Position numbers and translations under genes: made by a program
The notes under the pieces: generated by a model
The model's database searches: none
Seen by the model: only the letters and a program-made list of their open reading frames with translations
Told to the model about the DNA's origin: nothing
In this document: positions 45,000 through 55,598 of the stretch, in pieces
Layout: every line of letters begins with the position of its first letter
How positions within the stretch are numbered: position 1 is the stretch's first letter
Source of the DNA: an uncultured Spirochaetota bacterium
Lineage (GTDB): Bacteria > Spirochaetota > Spirochaetia > SZUA-6 > Fen-1364
Length of the DNA stretch: 64,000 bases
Reading direction: 5' to 3'
Assembly (NCBI GenBank): GCA_963745235.1
Contig: CAVUXE010000052.1
Coordinates: 160,001 to 224,000, forward strand

Positions 45000-46864
45000 G
45001 CTTTGGCGAGAAAAACCGCGCGGCGCTCCAGGTCCATCACCCGGAGGTCGCGCGCCGCCTTGCTGAAGTCCCCGAAGAGGAAGGACGCGTCCAGGTCATC
45101 CCGACCACTTCCGGCGCGCCCACGGCAAAGAGCCACGGTGTGTCCATTCACAGTCGCTATGATCCACGCGCCGAGGCTGAGCGACAGGTGGCCCGAGACG
45201 TGGATGAAAGGACTTCGGCGGTTGTCGTCCTGGGTTTCGGCCTCGGCTACGCAGCGGAGGAGGTATGGCGCAGGTTCCCCGAGCTGCCCATTCTGGTCCT
45301 GGAGCCGGATGCTACCCTGTTCGCGGCCGCGCTCCAGTCCAGAGACCTCGCCGGGCTGTTCTCCGATGAGCGCGTCTCCTTCCTGGTGGCGTCGAAGCCG
45401 GAGGAGGTCTCGGCCCTTCTGCCTGCCCTTCCCCTTGCAAGACCTGCATTCCTCCGCCTGCGGCCAGCCATCGAGAGCTATCCGGGCTGGTTTCGCGTCG
45501 CAGAGGAGGTTGTGCAGTCCTGGCTCCTGAGGCGGGAGATCAACCTCAACACGCTCAACCGCTTCGGACGGCTGTGGGTGAGAAACCTCGTCCGCAACAT
45601 GAGGTCCTTCCTCCATGCTCCGGGTATCTCGCGCCTCCAGGGCCTCTGCACCGGGCTTCCCTCCCTCGTCATCGCGGGGGGACCTTCGCTCGACCGCGTT
45701 ATTCCATACCTTTCCTCTCTGAGAGAAAGGCTCGTCATAATTTCGGTCAACACACCGCTGGCCCGCTGCGCGGAAGCAGGAGTGCAGCCGGATTTCGCCG
45801 TCGTGGTCGACCCGCAGTACTGGGCTTCACGGTTCATGGATTGGACGCAGCCGCGCCCGGGGACGGGGAACGCGGAAGAGGCGGCCCGCCTCATCGTCGC
45901 CGAGCCCTCCACGCACCCCCGCCTGCTGCGAAACTCCCTGCCCGCCTCGAAGGGGCAGGCAACGTTGTACCTTTGCAGCTCTCTGTTCCCTCTCGGCGAG
46001 ACGCTGGAAGCGGCCGTCGGACAAAAAGGCAAGCTCGGGGCGGGAGGGTCCGTGGCAACTGCCGCGTGGGACCTTGCGCGACACCTCGGCGCGAGCCCCA
46101 TCTACACGGCCGGCCTTGACCTGGGATATCCCGGCATGCGCACTCACTGCAAAGGCGTATTTACTGAAGAGCTGTGGCTCTCCGTGTGCAGCAGGCTGCG
46201 GCCGATGGAGACGAGCTCTTTCCGCTACCTGCGCGAGATAGGCCTGTTTCCGGTGCCCTCGGCCGCCGGTGGCTCGACGCAGACGGATCGACGCATGCTC
46301 CTGTACAAGTGGTGGTTTGAGAACCAGCTCACGATGCACCCCGAAGCGCAAACGTTTAGCCTTTCCCCCGACAGCGTTGCAATTCAGGGCATGCCCCTGG
46401 CACGGCTGTCAGAAGTCCTGTCCCTCCCGCCGGTGCGGCAGGAAATCGATGCGCGGATTGAACGAGAGAGGCGCGAAGCGGCGGAAGAAATGTCCACGCG
46501 CGAAGACGAGCCGGTTCTCCGACAGGCTTTGGAAGACCTGCTGCGGGGGCTTGGAGAGCTGGAGGCCCTTTCGGCACGTGCGCTGGAGGCAAATCAGGCG
46601 CTGGGCTCCGTCCTTCCCGACCGGGAAGCCGCGGCCGAGCTCCTGTCGGAGCTGGATGGCATTGATCGGCGCATCCTGGCCGTCTCGCAACGGAGCATTG
46701 CCGGCTTCCTCATGCAGTCCGACATCCACCGGATTGGCGGCCGGGGGGAGGGCAAGGTCTCGCAAAATGAGACCCTCTCTGACGGCGCCGCTTTATACCG
46801 GGGAATCATGGAATCTGCGCTGTGGCAGAAGGATATCATCCGCAAGGCGCTGACAGAGCTCTGA
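44996..46864 (+). CDS. Maf (motility-associated factor, DUF115) glycosyltransferase-family protein
   Basis: IHSRYDP, GFGLGY, AGGPSL, PDFAVVVDP, GGSVA, GLDL. Confidence 0.85.
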   Translation: MSFGEKNRAALQVHHPEVARRLAEVPEEEGRVQVIPTTSGAPTAKSHGVSIHSRYDPRAEAERQVARDVDERTSAVVVLGFGLGYAAEEVWRRFPELPILVLEPDATLFAAALQSRDLAGLFSDERVSFLVASKPEEVSALLPALPLARPAFLRLRPAIESYPGWFRVAEEVVQSWLLRREINLNTLNRFGRLWVRNLVRNMRSFLHAPGISRLQGLCTGLPSLVIAGGPSLDRVIPYLSSLRERLVIISVNTPLARCAEAGVQPDFAVVVDPQYWASRFMDWTQPRPGTGNAEEAARLIVAEPSTHPRLLRNSLPASKGQATLYLCSSLFPLGETLEAAVGQKGKLGAGGSVATAAWDLARHLGASPIYTAGLDLGYPGMRTHCKGVFTEELWLSVCSRLRPMETSSFRYLREIGLFPVPSAAGGSTQTDRRMLLYKWWFENQLTMHPEAQTFSLSPDSVAIQGMPLARLSEVLSLPPVRQEIDARIERERREAAEEMSTREDEPVLRQALEDLLRGLGELEALSARALEANQALGSVLPDREAAAELLSELDGIDRRILAVSQRSIAGFLMQSDIHRIGGRGEGKVSQNETLSDGAALYRGIMESALWQKDIIRKALTEL

Positions 46865-46932
46865 TTTCCCTAAAGGTTCCGGATGCTCCGCCGATCTTTA
46901 CAATTGAGGACAGGTTCCTCAATTTCGAAATG

Positions 46933-46971
46933 ACGGTATGCTCTTGACGTCCAGGCATACCGTTTTTTTTT
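46933..46971 (+). terminator. Rho-independent terminator
   Basis: ACGGTATGC/GCATACCGT stem followed by a T-run. Confidence 0.75.
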
Positions 46972-46976
46972 GCAAC

Positions 46977-47345
46977 TCAGGCGCTTCGCAGCGCCTTCTC
47001 GATTGCGGACAGGATACGCTCCGGCTTGAAGGGCTTGACGATGAAGTCCTTCACCCCCGCCCTGATTGCCTCCACGATCAGGCTCTGCTGGCCGAGGGCC
47101 GAGCACATGATCACCTTGGCCTTCGGATTTATGGAGAAGATCTTTCGCATGGCCTCCAGGCCGTTCATGTTCGGCATCGTAATGTCGAGGAGCACGAGAT
47201 CCGGGTTCAGGCTCTGGAACTTGTCCACCGCGTCAATCCCATCCGCCGCTTCACCCACGACGGAGTATCCCCTTTCGGTGAGGATCTCCTTCTGGATCAT
47301 TCGCATGAAGCTCAGATCGTCCGCGATGAGAATGGTCGCTCCCAT
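46977..47345 (-). CDS. cheY: Chemotaxis response regulator
   Basis: DD, LDITMP, SALGQ, FIVKPF. Confidence 0.92.
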   Translation of the reverse strand: MGATILIADDLSFMRMIQKEILTERGYSVVGEAADGIDAVDKFQSLNPDLVLLDITMPNMNGLEAMRKIFSINPKAKVIMCSALGQQSLIVEAIRAGVKDFIVKPFKPERILSAIEKALRSA

Positions 47346-47356
47346 GTGCCTCCCTT

Positions 47357-49388
47357 TCAGAAATTGTCGCGTCTGATGAATGACGTGTCAAGTATAAAAA
47401 CGAGCTGGCCGTCATCCAGAACGGACACCCCCGAAAAGAGCCTGAGCGGGTTCACCAGGTCATCCACCGGCTTGATCACGATCTCTCGCTCCTCGATGAG
47501 CTCATCCACGACCAGGAAGCCCCGGCTCTCCCCGTGGCGGAGCACCGCGGCGAAATACTCCTCCCGGGGCCTTCGTTCCCGTCCAAGGAGGCCGGCAAGG
47601 CTGTACAGGCTGATCGTATCTCCCCATCCACGGAGCCGCCTCGCCCCCTTCCTCGAGCGAGATCTCCGCCGCCGGGACCTTCGCCGTGCTGTCGAGGTCC
47701 GTGAGCGGGATGGCATACATCTGCGCTTCGTCCGCCACGAGAAGCGAGTTCACGATGGTGAGTGTCAGGGGGAGCCGCAGGATGATCCGGGTCCCCTTGC
47801 CTTCCTCACTGACCAGCTCGACGTCCCCTCGCAGGTCGTTTCGGATCCTCGTGGCCACCACGTCCATGCCGACTCCGCGGCCGGACAGGTCGGTGACCAC
47901 ATCCTTTGTGCTGAATCCGGGGAGGAAAACCAGCTCGCGCACCTCTGCGTCTCCCAGGGCGGCAGCTCCCGGAATTCCGAGGCTGATTGCCTTCTGGCGT
48001 ATGCGCTCGGTGTCCAGGCCCCTCCCATCATCGGCAAGCTCGATGACAATGGTTCCGCCCTGGCGCCGGGCGCTCACGGTGATCTTTCCCCTCTCGGGTT
48101 TCCCCAGCCTGACGCGCTCTTCCGGAAACTCCAGCCCATGGTCAAGGGAGTTTCGAATCACATGGGTCAGCGGATCGGAGAGCGCTTCGATGATGCTTCT
48201 GTCGATTTCGGTGTCTTCCCCCGACAGCACGAGGTCCACGGGCTTTCCCAGCTTCCGTGAGAGGTCCCGGACCAGCCGAGGGAACTTGTTGAAGATAATG
48301 GAGATGGGGATCATGCGCGTGTCACGCATGGCCTGCTGCATGCCGCTTGAAAGCTTTTCCAGCGAGTCCGAAGACTCGACGAGCTCCTCACGGATGGACT
48401 CCGCATCCATTCCCCTCGCCACGCCGTCGGAAAGCCTGGACATGTGGGCCTTGTGGAGGACCAGCTCAGCCACAAAGCTCCACAGCTCGTCGAGCTTCCT
48501 GGTGTCGACGCGGATGGAGGTCTTCTCAGCGGGCGCGGTCCTTCCCGTCATTTCAGTGCCAGCGGGAGCGCCTGAGCCGTCCCGCGGGTTTCCCCCGGAC
48601 GGATAGTCCATCTGCTCCACGGTCACCGAAGCAATCTGGTCCACGCGGGCCGCATCCTTGAGCGTGTCTCCACCCAGTGGCGCCGTGAGGTAGAAGACCG
48701 TTCTCCCATAGAGGGAATCATCCACCGGCGCCCCGTCCATGGCGGGCACTACCTTGATGACATTCACCGCCTGCTCGAGGTTGCTGAACACCAGAAATGC
48801 GCGTACGAACTTCATGGGCTCGTCGGGAGTCACCGTGACGGTGAGGCGCACAAGTGATTCCCCGCGGTCTCGCGCTTCGGCAATCCTGCGAAGCTCCACC
48901 TCGTTGAAGGGTGTTTCCCTGTTCCCATCCGCGGTTTCACCAGCCGGAGGGGCTCCGTTCGAAGCGGGCCTTGCAACCGGCCTCCGCCGGTCTGCGATCA
49001 GCGTCGAGAGGCCCGTGACGACGTCCTCTGCCCCGGATTCGCTTTCTTTCCCGCTCTGGGAGATCTCGTTCATCAGCACCGCCGCGCGGTCCGCGCCGGC
49101 CACGAGCCTGTCCAGCACGTCCCTGCTCAGGGCCAGGTCCCCGCTTCGAATCTGCCCCAGGACGTCTTCCATCAGGTGGGCCAGGCCGGACAGCGACGTG
49201 TATCCCATGAGCGCGGCTTCCGACTTCAGGGAATGGGTCAGGCGGAAGATTTCGTTGACCAGCTCACGGCTTTCAGGCGATGCCTCCAGCGCGGAAAGAG
49301 ATTCGCCGAGCTTCTGGACAAGCTCCTCGCTTTCCTCCAGAAAGGCGCGTCGGAGCCTTCCATCATCCGGTCCTGGTGCCGCTGACAT
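47357..49388 (-). CDS. cheA: Chemotaxis histidine kinase (frameshift near 47620)
   Basis: THSLKS Hpt domain, HVIRNSLDHG, GRGVGMDVV, CheW-like C-terminus. Confidence 0.93.
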
Positions 49389-49389
49389 G

Positions 49390-49989
49390 TCACACCTGCG
49401 CGGCGCCCTGCAGATCCCTGCCGGCGCTCAGAACACGCTGCAGATCGAGAATGAGAAACAGGGTCCCATCACGCTGCGCCACGCCCCCTGTGAACTGCGC
49501 ATGCGCGCCAGGCTCCTGATTTGACTCCCGCTGGACGCTCGCTTCGTTGATGTCGACGATTTCCCGCACATCGTCAACCATCAGCCCGCAGACGCGGCTT
49601 CCCATTCTGATGATGATGATCCTGGCCCGCGATGCAACGTTCCCGGCAGTCCCGCCCGCCCCCTGCGCCGCCTGAGCATCACTGATTCCCAGACGTGCCC
49701 GCAGGCTCACGACGGGAATGACGTCCCCGCGGAGGTTGATGACGCCGGGAACGAACGGCGCGGCCTTGGGAACGCTCAAGATGCCTTGGGGCCGGATGAT
49801 CTGCATCACCTGGTCCACGGGAACGCAGTAGCGACCCGTGCCAAGGATGAACGAGACGTACCTCCTGCTGGGGCTTCCCTGGGCGCTGCTGGGGCTTCCC
49901 TGGCTGCTGGCGCTTCCCTGGGCGCTGCTGGCGCTTCCCTGGGCGCTGCTGGCGCTTCCCTGGGCGTGTGCCGCATCTTCCTTCATCAT
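49390..49989 (-). CDS. cheW: Chemotaxis coupling protein with N-terminal repeat insertion
   Basis: GVINLRGDVIPVV, GLMVDDVREI. Confidence 0.92.
   Translation of the reverse strand: MMKEDAAHAQGSASSAQGSASSAQGSASSQGSPSSAQGSPSRRYVSFILGTGRYCVPVDQVMQIIRPQGILSVPKAAPFVPGVINLRGDVIPVVSLRARLGISDAQAAQGAGGTAGNVASRARIIIIRMGSRVCGLMVDDVREIVDINEASVQRESNQEPGAHAQFTGGVAQRDGTLFLILDLQRVLSAGRDLQGAAQV
49865..49966 (-). repeat. 5 x ~21-bp in-frame tandem repeat in cheW (AQGSASS)
   Basis: ctgctgg(c/g)gcttccctgggcg units; one unit is 18 bp. Confidence 0.92.
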
Positions 49990-50690
49990 AGCTGTTCCTC
50001 GTCCGACCGCGGCGCCGGCTGCGACATTCTCTGGCGTTCCAACGAAATGATGAGCTCGACCTCACCAAGGGGCATACCAACACGCGCCGCAATAAGCGAG
50101 GCAGAGAAGCCCGACTGGCTCAGCATCACCACCCTTTCACGCAGGTCCTGCCTGTCGGATGCCGGCACGCCTTTTCCAAGGCTTCCAGATGGTCCCGCCA
50201 CGTTGCCGCGCTGGCCCGTCTTCTCAGAGAGCTCCACGGATAACGAGGCCCGCGACCGTGCAGCCGCGGCAGGCTCGCTTTTCGGGCTATTCGCGCTTCC
50301 CTGGGCGCCGCTGGCGCTTCCCTGGGCGCCGCTGGCGCTTCCCTGGGCGCTATTTGCGCTTGCCCGGGCGGCACGTGTTCCCCCCTCGACCAACCTGCTG
50401 TAAACCTTTGCCCCCACGTCGTGCTTCTCTGTCTCCCGCTGGAGCAACGCCACTTTCCTGTCCGCGGCAGCGAGGACATCGTTGAGGCCAGTTATCCTGT
50501 CCTCCAGGAGGGCCACGTTTCGTTCCGTGGTCTGGTTCAGCTCCACGACCAGCCTGCTTACCTCGTCTCGCAGCTCTGCAATCTGCGTAGCCGCGCTCGT
50601 CGCCCGGCGAACGCGGTCACGAAGGACGGCGTAGACAAGGAGGAGCCCGCCTACGTCGATGACCAGCGTAATGAGCACGACATACCACAT
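49986..50690 (-). CDS. Hypothetical membrane-anchored coiled-coil protein with C-terminal HTH-like segment
   Basis: N-terminal TM helix, coiled coil, IAARVGMPLGEVELII. Confidence 0.75.
   Translation of the reverse strand: MWYVVLITLVIDVGGLLLVYAVLRDRVRRATSAATQIAELRDEVSRLVVELNQTTERNVALLEDRITGLNDVLAAADRKVALLQRETEKHDVGAKVYSRLVEGGTRAARASANSAQGSASGAQGSASGAQGSANSPKSEPAAAARSRASLSVELSEKTGQRGNVAGPSGSLGKGVPASDRQDLRERVVMLSQSGFSASLIAARVGMPLGEVELIISLERQRMSQPAPRSDEEQL
50293..50371 (-). repeat. Three exact plus one degenerate 21-bp-period repeat (AQGSASG)
   Basis: gcgcttccctgggcgc at 50293, 50314, 50335; degenerate copy at 50356. Confidence 0.92.
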
Positions 50691-50695
50691 GGAGA

Positions 50696-51022
50696 TCAGC
50701 CTGTCACGTCGATGTTTCTGCCCAGCTCAGGATCCCGAAAGACCTCGGCGCGGGGAGCCGGTTTTGCCGGGGTCTTGCCCCGTTGCCCTCGCTCCCTGCG
50801 GCCGGCGGATTCCCGTCGCGCGCGATCCTTGATCTGCTCCGGCCCCTCTTCCTGGTGCTGGGTCTCGTTCACGTCGTTGTCCCGCTGCTCGGTTTTCTGC
50901 ACCAGCAGGGACCCCTGGAGGGACTGAGCCTGCGGCGGTGCATCCCGTTGGACCGCCTGCTCCTTGCCAACCTGATTCATCTGGGAAAAGAGTGTCTGGA
51001 GGTCTATCGGCAACAAGGGCAT
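50696..51022 (-). CDS. Hypothetical protein downstream of fapA
   Basis: PIDLQTLF...DPELGRNIDVTG; operon position. Confidence 0.75.
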   Translation of the reverse strand: MPLLPIDLQTLFSQMNQVGKEQAVQRDAPPQAQSLQGSLLVQKTEQRDNDVNETQHQEEGPEQIKDRARRESAGRRERGQRGKTPAKPAPRAEVFRDPELGRNIDVTG

Positions 51023-51023
51023 A

Positions 51024-52982
51024 TCAGTGTCTCTTCATCAGGTCTTCATCGAATATCTCGTACTTCGTGACTTTCACCTCTCCGCTCTGGAGGAAGAAAG
51101 TGACGAACTTGAACTCCGTGCGAACGGCAAGGGCCGCGTTCTTGATGGCCAGCTTGACGCCGGGGAAAACCCTTTCCGAAGCCGAGATTTTCCCGATGGT
51201 GTTGAGCGACGCAAGGTACGTGTTGATCGTGGCGATTTCCCGTGTCGTCTCGTCAAGCTGTCCAAGGAGCTGCGAGCGCTTTTCGCTCTGCTCGGTGAGA
51301 TACTGCGCCTTTTCGGGCGGCAGCTTCTTCTGCGCCTTCTGCAGGGTCTCCAGGGTTTTGATGTTGAGCTCGACTTCTTCGAGAGATTTCTCCACCTGCC
51401 GCCGCGTCTCCTCCAGGGTGACCAGCCGCTCCTTGCTGCGCGGATCATAGCCGACTTCCAGGAGAGTCTCCGTCCCGGCCACCGAGCCCAGGATCTTGGA
51501 GTTGATTTCCTCTGACGCCCGGAGGCGTCCACCGACGATCTGGGCCCGTTTCCCCTGGCAGAGGATCATCCTGTTGGCGTCCACGTAGGAATGGACGATT
51601 CCGTCAGTGACAACGACGTTCTCACCGGCATCCACGTGGGCATGCTCGATGAACTTCGAATACAGCGTCTTCCCGCAGTGCACCTTCCCCTCGGTCTTGG
51701 CGGCGATCCCCTGGTGGACCACGATGTCGCCTTCCGCGTCCAGTGTGCATTTTCCGACGCTCCCGAACACCTCGATATTGCCGGCGGCCTTCACGGAAAA
51801 GCCGTCCTCAACGTTGCCTCTCACCACCACGGTCCCCAGGAAAAGGACGTTCCCCGTGTGAAGGTCGACGTTTCCGGCAACGGTGTAGATGGGCTCGACG
51901 TTGACTCTCCCCGCGAGGAGAAGAACCTGCCCGGCGATCTCAGCCAGCGCGGAAAGGCCGTCTTCGGAGAGCCTGACGTTCTTTCCAACCACCAGGTCGC
52001 AGTCCTTTCCCTTCTGCGCGGGGATCAGTTTTCCGGTAACGGTCTGGCCGGGCTGCCCCGGCTCTGCAGGAATCTTGTTGGCAAGGACCTGCCCTGCAAT
52101 GACGTTTTCCACGCGGGAGATATCCTTGAAATCCACCCTCCCGTCCCGCTCCTTCAGCTTGACCGCGTCCCGCTGCCCCTTGAAATTGTAAACGACGTGG
52201 GCATCTGCCCCGTCACGCGCCTTTGTCCCTTCCGCCACAACCACCGGCCGCCCGTACCGGGGGGAGGACTCGAACTCCCGAAGGACCTCATCCTTCATTC
52301 CGTGAGTGACGCCCTTGCTCTCGAGGAAGCTGCGCACGTACTCCACGGAAATGTCAGCCCCACCCGGTCCGGGCTCCGTGACCACCATGACCGCCTTCAT
52401 CTCCCCGTCAGTGATGTCGATGGATGCTGTGGAGTCACGCGAAGGGTCGTAGCGGATATCGGCAACCCGGATGTACTCTCCGTCCGCGTGCTTCACCACG
52501 CGGGAGACGAGCGCCGTATCGTAGTTGGAGACGCCACGCAGGGAGAGCTTCTCGAAAGCCATGACATCCGATGGGCGGGGTCCCCTGCCTTGCGGCTTGG
52601 TGACCTTGAGAAAGGCGCCCTCGCTTCCGATGCGAACGAACACCTCGCCCGGCAGGTCGTGCGGGCGCTCGGGTTCCCGTGCCGCCTCCTCCGCCCTCCT
52701 GCGCTCCTCCGCCGCGCTCTCCGCATCAGTCTTCACCTGCCGCGATTTCTCGTAGACATGGAGCTTCCATGGCCGTGCGCCCCACTCCCATGGTCCCGCC
52801 GCTGCCCTTCTGCAGCACCTCGTATTCCAGGTTCCGCAGGGGAGTGCCAAGCTCGATGGAAGCGCGTTTCAGCCCCTCCGGGAGCTTTCAGCCTCCAGCG
52901 TGATGGTGCGGTTCTTCGCGTCCTCTTCCGCCTGTCTCCTCATGTACTCCTGGAGCTGCTCCAGGTTGATGGTGCCTGCCAT
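51024..52982 (-). CDS. fapA: FapA/DUF342 flagellar assembly protein (indels in the 5' part)
   Basis: GRVDFKD, TGNVLFLGTVVVRGNVEDGF beta-helix; N-terminus MAGTINLEQL at 52982. Confidence 0.85.
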
Positions 52983-52990
52983 GCTCTTTC

Positions 52991-53779
52991 CTAGACGAGC
53001 CCCCGCTTGAAGCTGGTGAGCTTGGCGCGCAGACGCATGACCGCCTTCGTATGCAGCTGCGAGACCCTGCTTTCCGTCACTGCGAGCACTTCCCCGATCT
53101 CCTTAAGGGTCAGATCTTCATAATAGTAGAGCACGAGGACCTTCTTTTCCTTGTCCGGCAGCTCTTTGATCGCGTCCACGATGACGCGCTTGATCTCCTC
53201 TTTTTCCACGATCGTGTCCGGGTTGAGGCTGCCCGGGCTTTCGATGCTTTCCGCGATGGAGATCTTGTCGTTGTCTTCCCCCGTGTACCAGATGTCGTGA
53301 AGGGACAACATGGAGGTGCCGCTGATCTTGAGCATCATCTGCTGGAAGTCCTTGAGATCCATTTCCATGCCGGAAGCGATCTCCTCGTCAGAGGCGGCCC
53401 GTCCGAGCGAAGACTCCAGACGCCGCACGGTTTCCTCCACCTCGCGCGCTTTCTGCCGCACCGAACGGGGCACCCAGTCGATGGTGCGAAGCTCGTCGAA
53501 AATCGCTCCGCGGATCCGTGTGACCGCGTACGTCTTGAACTTCACGTGCTTGCCGGGATCGAACTTGTCGATCGCATCGAACAGGCCGAAGACGCCGAAG
53601 CCGACCAGATCGTCGAACTCCACGTTCTGGGGCATGCCCAGGGCGATCTTTCCCGCCACGTACTTCACGAGGGGCGCGTACTGCCTCACGAAGAAGTCCC
53701 GCAGCTTCTGGTCCTTCGTTCGGCGGTAGAGCTTCCAGAGATCTTCCTCGGACTTTCCATCCCAGCGGCTGTCAGCCAT
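52991..53779 (-). CDS. fliA: RNA polymerase sigma factor FliA/WhiG (sigma28)
   Basis: [36 protein letters not shown]. Confidence 0.95.
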   Translation of the reverse strand: MADSRWDGKSEEDLWKLYRRTKDQKLRDFFVRQYAPLVKYVAGKIALGMPQNVEFDDLVGFGVFGLFDAIDKFDPGKHVKFKTYAVTRIRGAIFDELRTIDWVPRSVRQKAREVEETVRRLESSLGRAASDEEIASGMEMDLKDFQQMMLKISGTSMLSLHDIWYTGEDNDKISIAESIESPGSLNPDTIVEKEEIKRVIVDAIKELPDKEKKVLVLYYYEDLTLKEIGEVLAVTESRVSQLHTKAVMRLRAKLTSFKRGLV

Positions 53780-53786
53780 GCTTGCT

Positions 53787-54608
53787 CTATCCCTTTTCAT
53801 CCCGTTTCAAGACTGTGCGGATAGCCCGCGCCAGTGTCGCAGGATCCTGGCTGCCGAGGGCTCCTTTCATTTCATCCTCCGGAGTTGCCGAAAGGTCCCC
53901 GCCCCTCGGGGAGCGGCGTGGGGGAGCTGCCCGCGCACCGGGAGAAACGCCCCCGAGGGACGAGATGTCAGGAAGCCGGCCCAGGTCCGAATCCGTCTCC
54001 GGCGCTTCGTCGACCTCCGGTTCGCTTTCGCCGGACCCCTCATCTCCGACGCTTTCGGCCTCTTCAACCGAATCCGCTCCGGCGTCCTGCTCGTCAGCGG
54101 CTGGTGCAACGGCGCCCGCGTCTGTGAGCGGCGGAAGCACGTCGTCAAGCTCGTCTCCCAGAACGTCGCCCGGGGAGCCGCCTCCGCCCTCACCCATGTC
54201 CATTGCCGAAGTCTCCTCCGGGACCGTTGCTTCCTCTTGCACGGAGGAAAAGTCCGCAGCATCCGACTCCTGCGGCGTCTCCGGCCGAACAGGACGAGAG
54301 CCTGAAGCGCGCGCGTATGCCCCCGCGCGAACCGCCGCGGACGGGCTCTCTTCCGGCAACGTGATATCTATGGTCTGGCCGCTTGTTCCCTCTTTGGGTG
54401 CCCCACCGACCAGCTCGGGCAGGTATTTCGCGAGGATATACCGGGCAGCGGCTCCAAGACACGCGAAGAGAATTGCAAGAAGAAAAGCTCTTGCCAGCGC
54501 CGCTCCGAAGGGGTTGCGGCTGACAAGACCCACCAGCAGGGAAAGGCAGAAGGCGCCGGCCGCAGCAAATCCGGCCATCTTCCCGTACTCCCTCACGATG
54601 TCCTTCAC
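53787..54608 (-). CDS. Hypothetical membrane protein with acidic low-complexity region
   Basis: Two TM helices, D/E-rich linker, [13 protein letters not shown]; GTG start downstream of a promoter. Confidence 0.7.
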   Translation of the reverse strand: MKDIVREYGKMAGFAAAGAFCLSLLVGLVSRNPFGAALARAFLLAILFACLGAAARYILAKYLPELVGGAPKEGTSGQTIDITLPEESPSAAVRAGAYARASGSRPVRPETPQESDAADFSSVQEEATVPEETSAMDMGEGGGGSPGDVLGDELDDVLPPLTDAGAVAPAADEQDAGADSVEEAESVGDEGSGESEPEVDEAPETDSDLGRLPDISSLGGVSPGARAAPPRRSPRGGDLSATPEDEMKGALGSQDPATLARAIRTVLKRDEKG

Positions 54609-54627
54609 CGGACCGATCCCCCTTCCT

Positions 54628-54656
54628 ACAGTAGGGGAAACAGGGCTCAGAGTCAA
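54628..54656 (-). promoter_or_regulatory. Internal sigma70-type promoter upstream of the fliA-fapA-che block
   Basis: TTGACT-17 bp-TACTGT on the minus strand. Confidence 0.6.
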
Positions 54657-54677
54657 CAAACCCGCGACGCGCTCCCC

Positions 54678-55595
54678 CTATTTCCCGCTTCCGAAGAGCT
54701 TTTTCAGGAACACCGGGATGCCTTTCCCGTCCCGATAATCGAAATGCTCCAGCCTGCCCAGCAGATGCCGGATGCAGACTGACGCCTTTGCCTTGGGATC
54801 GAAGATCAGGAACGGCTTCTGCCGCACCACGGCGCTGTGGACAACGGGGTCGTCGTACACGAACCCCAGGTAATCCACCTTGAGATTCAGAAATTGACCG
54901 GCAATGTTGATGACCCGCTCCGCTACCTTCTTGCCCTCCACGACAGACCGCACCCTGTTGACCACGAGCTTCAACCCGAGATCCAGGTTCTCTATTTCCG
55001 TGGCGATGATCTTGATGATGCCGTACGCGTCCGTGATTGCGGTGGGCTCAGGTGTCGTGACAATGAGAGCGTCGTCCGCGGCGGCGATGAAGGAAATGAC
55101 GTTGTTCGACACTCCTGCCGCGCAATCAATGATCAGCACGTCCGCGTTGGAAAGCGCTGCAAGCTCTGCGATGAACTCGCGCCGCTCCTCCTCGGTGAGA
55201 TTTGCGATCTTGGAGAACCCCGAGGCCCCCGCTATGATCTTGATCCCGTAGCTGGTCTCCACCAGGATCTCGGAGAGCGTCTTCTGCTTGCGAATGAGAT
55301 GGTACAGGTTGTAGCGGGGGATGACGCCCAGCACAACGTTCACGTTCGCCAGCCCCAGGTCAGCGTCCATAACGATGACCTTCTTCCCGGCCTGCGCGTA
55401 GGCGAGGGCGAGGTTGATGGCGATGTTCGTCTTGCCGACGCCGCCCTTGCCGCTCGACACGGCAATGATGCGGGTGGCCTTCCTGGCCTCGGGTCCGGCG
55501 GACCCACCCGCCGCCCTTTCCTTTCGCGCGGAAGGGGTCCCCGCCGCGCTGCCCGCGCTGACGAGCTCTCTCAGCTTTTGCGCCTGGTCTGCCAT
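54678..55595 (-). CDS. flhG: MinD-like flagellar number regulator
   Basis: MADQAQKLR, SGKGGVGKT, EPTAITDAY. Confidence 0.93.
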   Translation of the reverse strand: MADQAQKLRELVSAGSAAGTPSARKERAAGGSAGPEARKATRIIAVSSGKGGVGKTNIAINLALAYAQAGKKVIVMDADLGLANVNVVLGVIPRYNLYHLIRKQKTLSEILVETSYGIKIIAGASGFSKIANLTEEERREFIAELAALSNADVLIIDCAAGVSNNVISFIAAADDALIVTTPEPTAITDAYGIIKIIATEIENLDLGLKLVVNRVRSVVEGKKVAERVINIAGQFLNLKVDYLGFVYDDPVVHSAVVRQKPFLIFDPKAKASVCIRHLLGRLEHFDYRDGKGIPVFLKKLFGSGK

Positions 55596-55598
55596 GTC

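Noticed and set aside
49865-50371. CRISPR array interpretation of the short repeats
   Set aside because: Period is 21 bp with only ~5 variable nt, arrays are in-frame inside CDSs, and there are no unique spacers or cas genes
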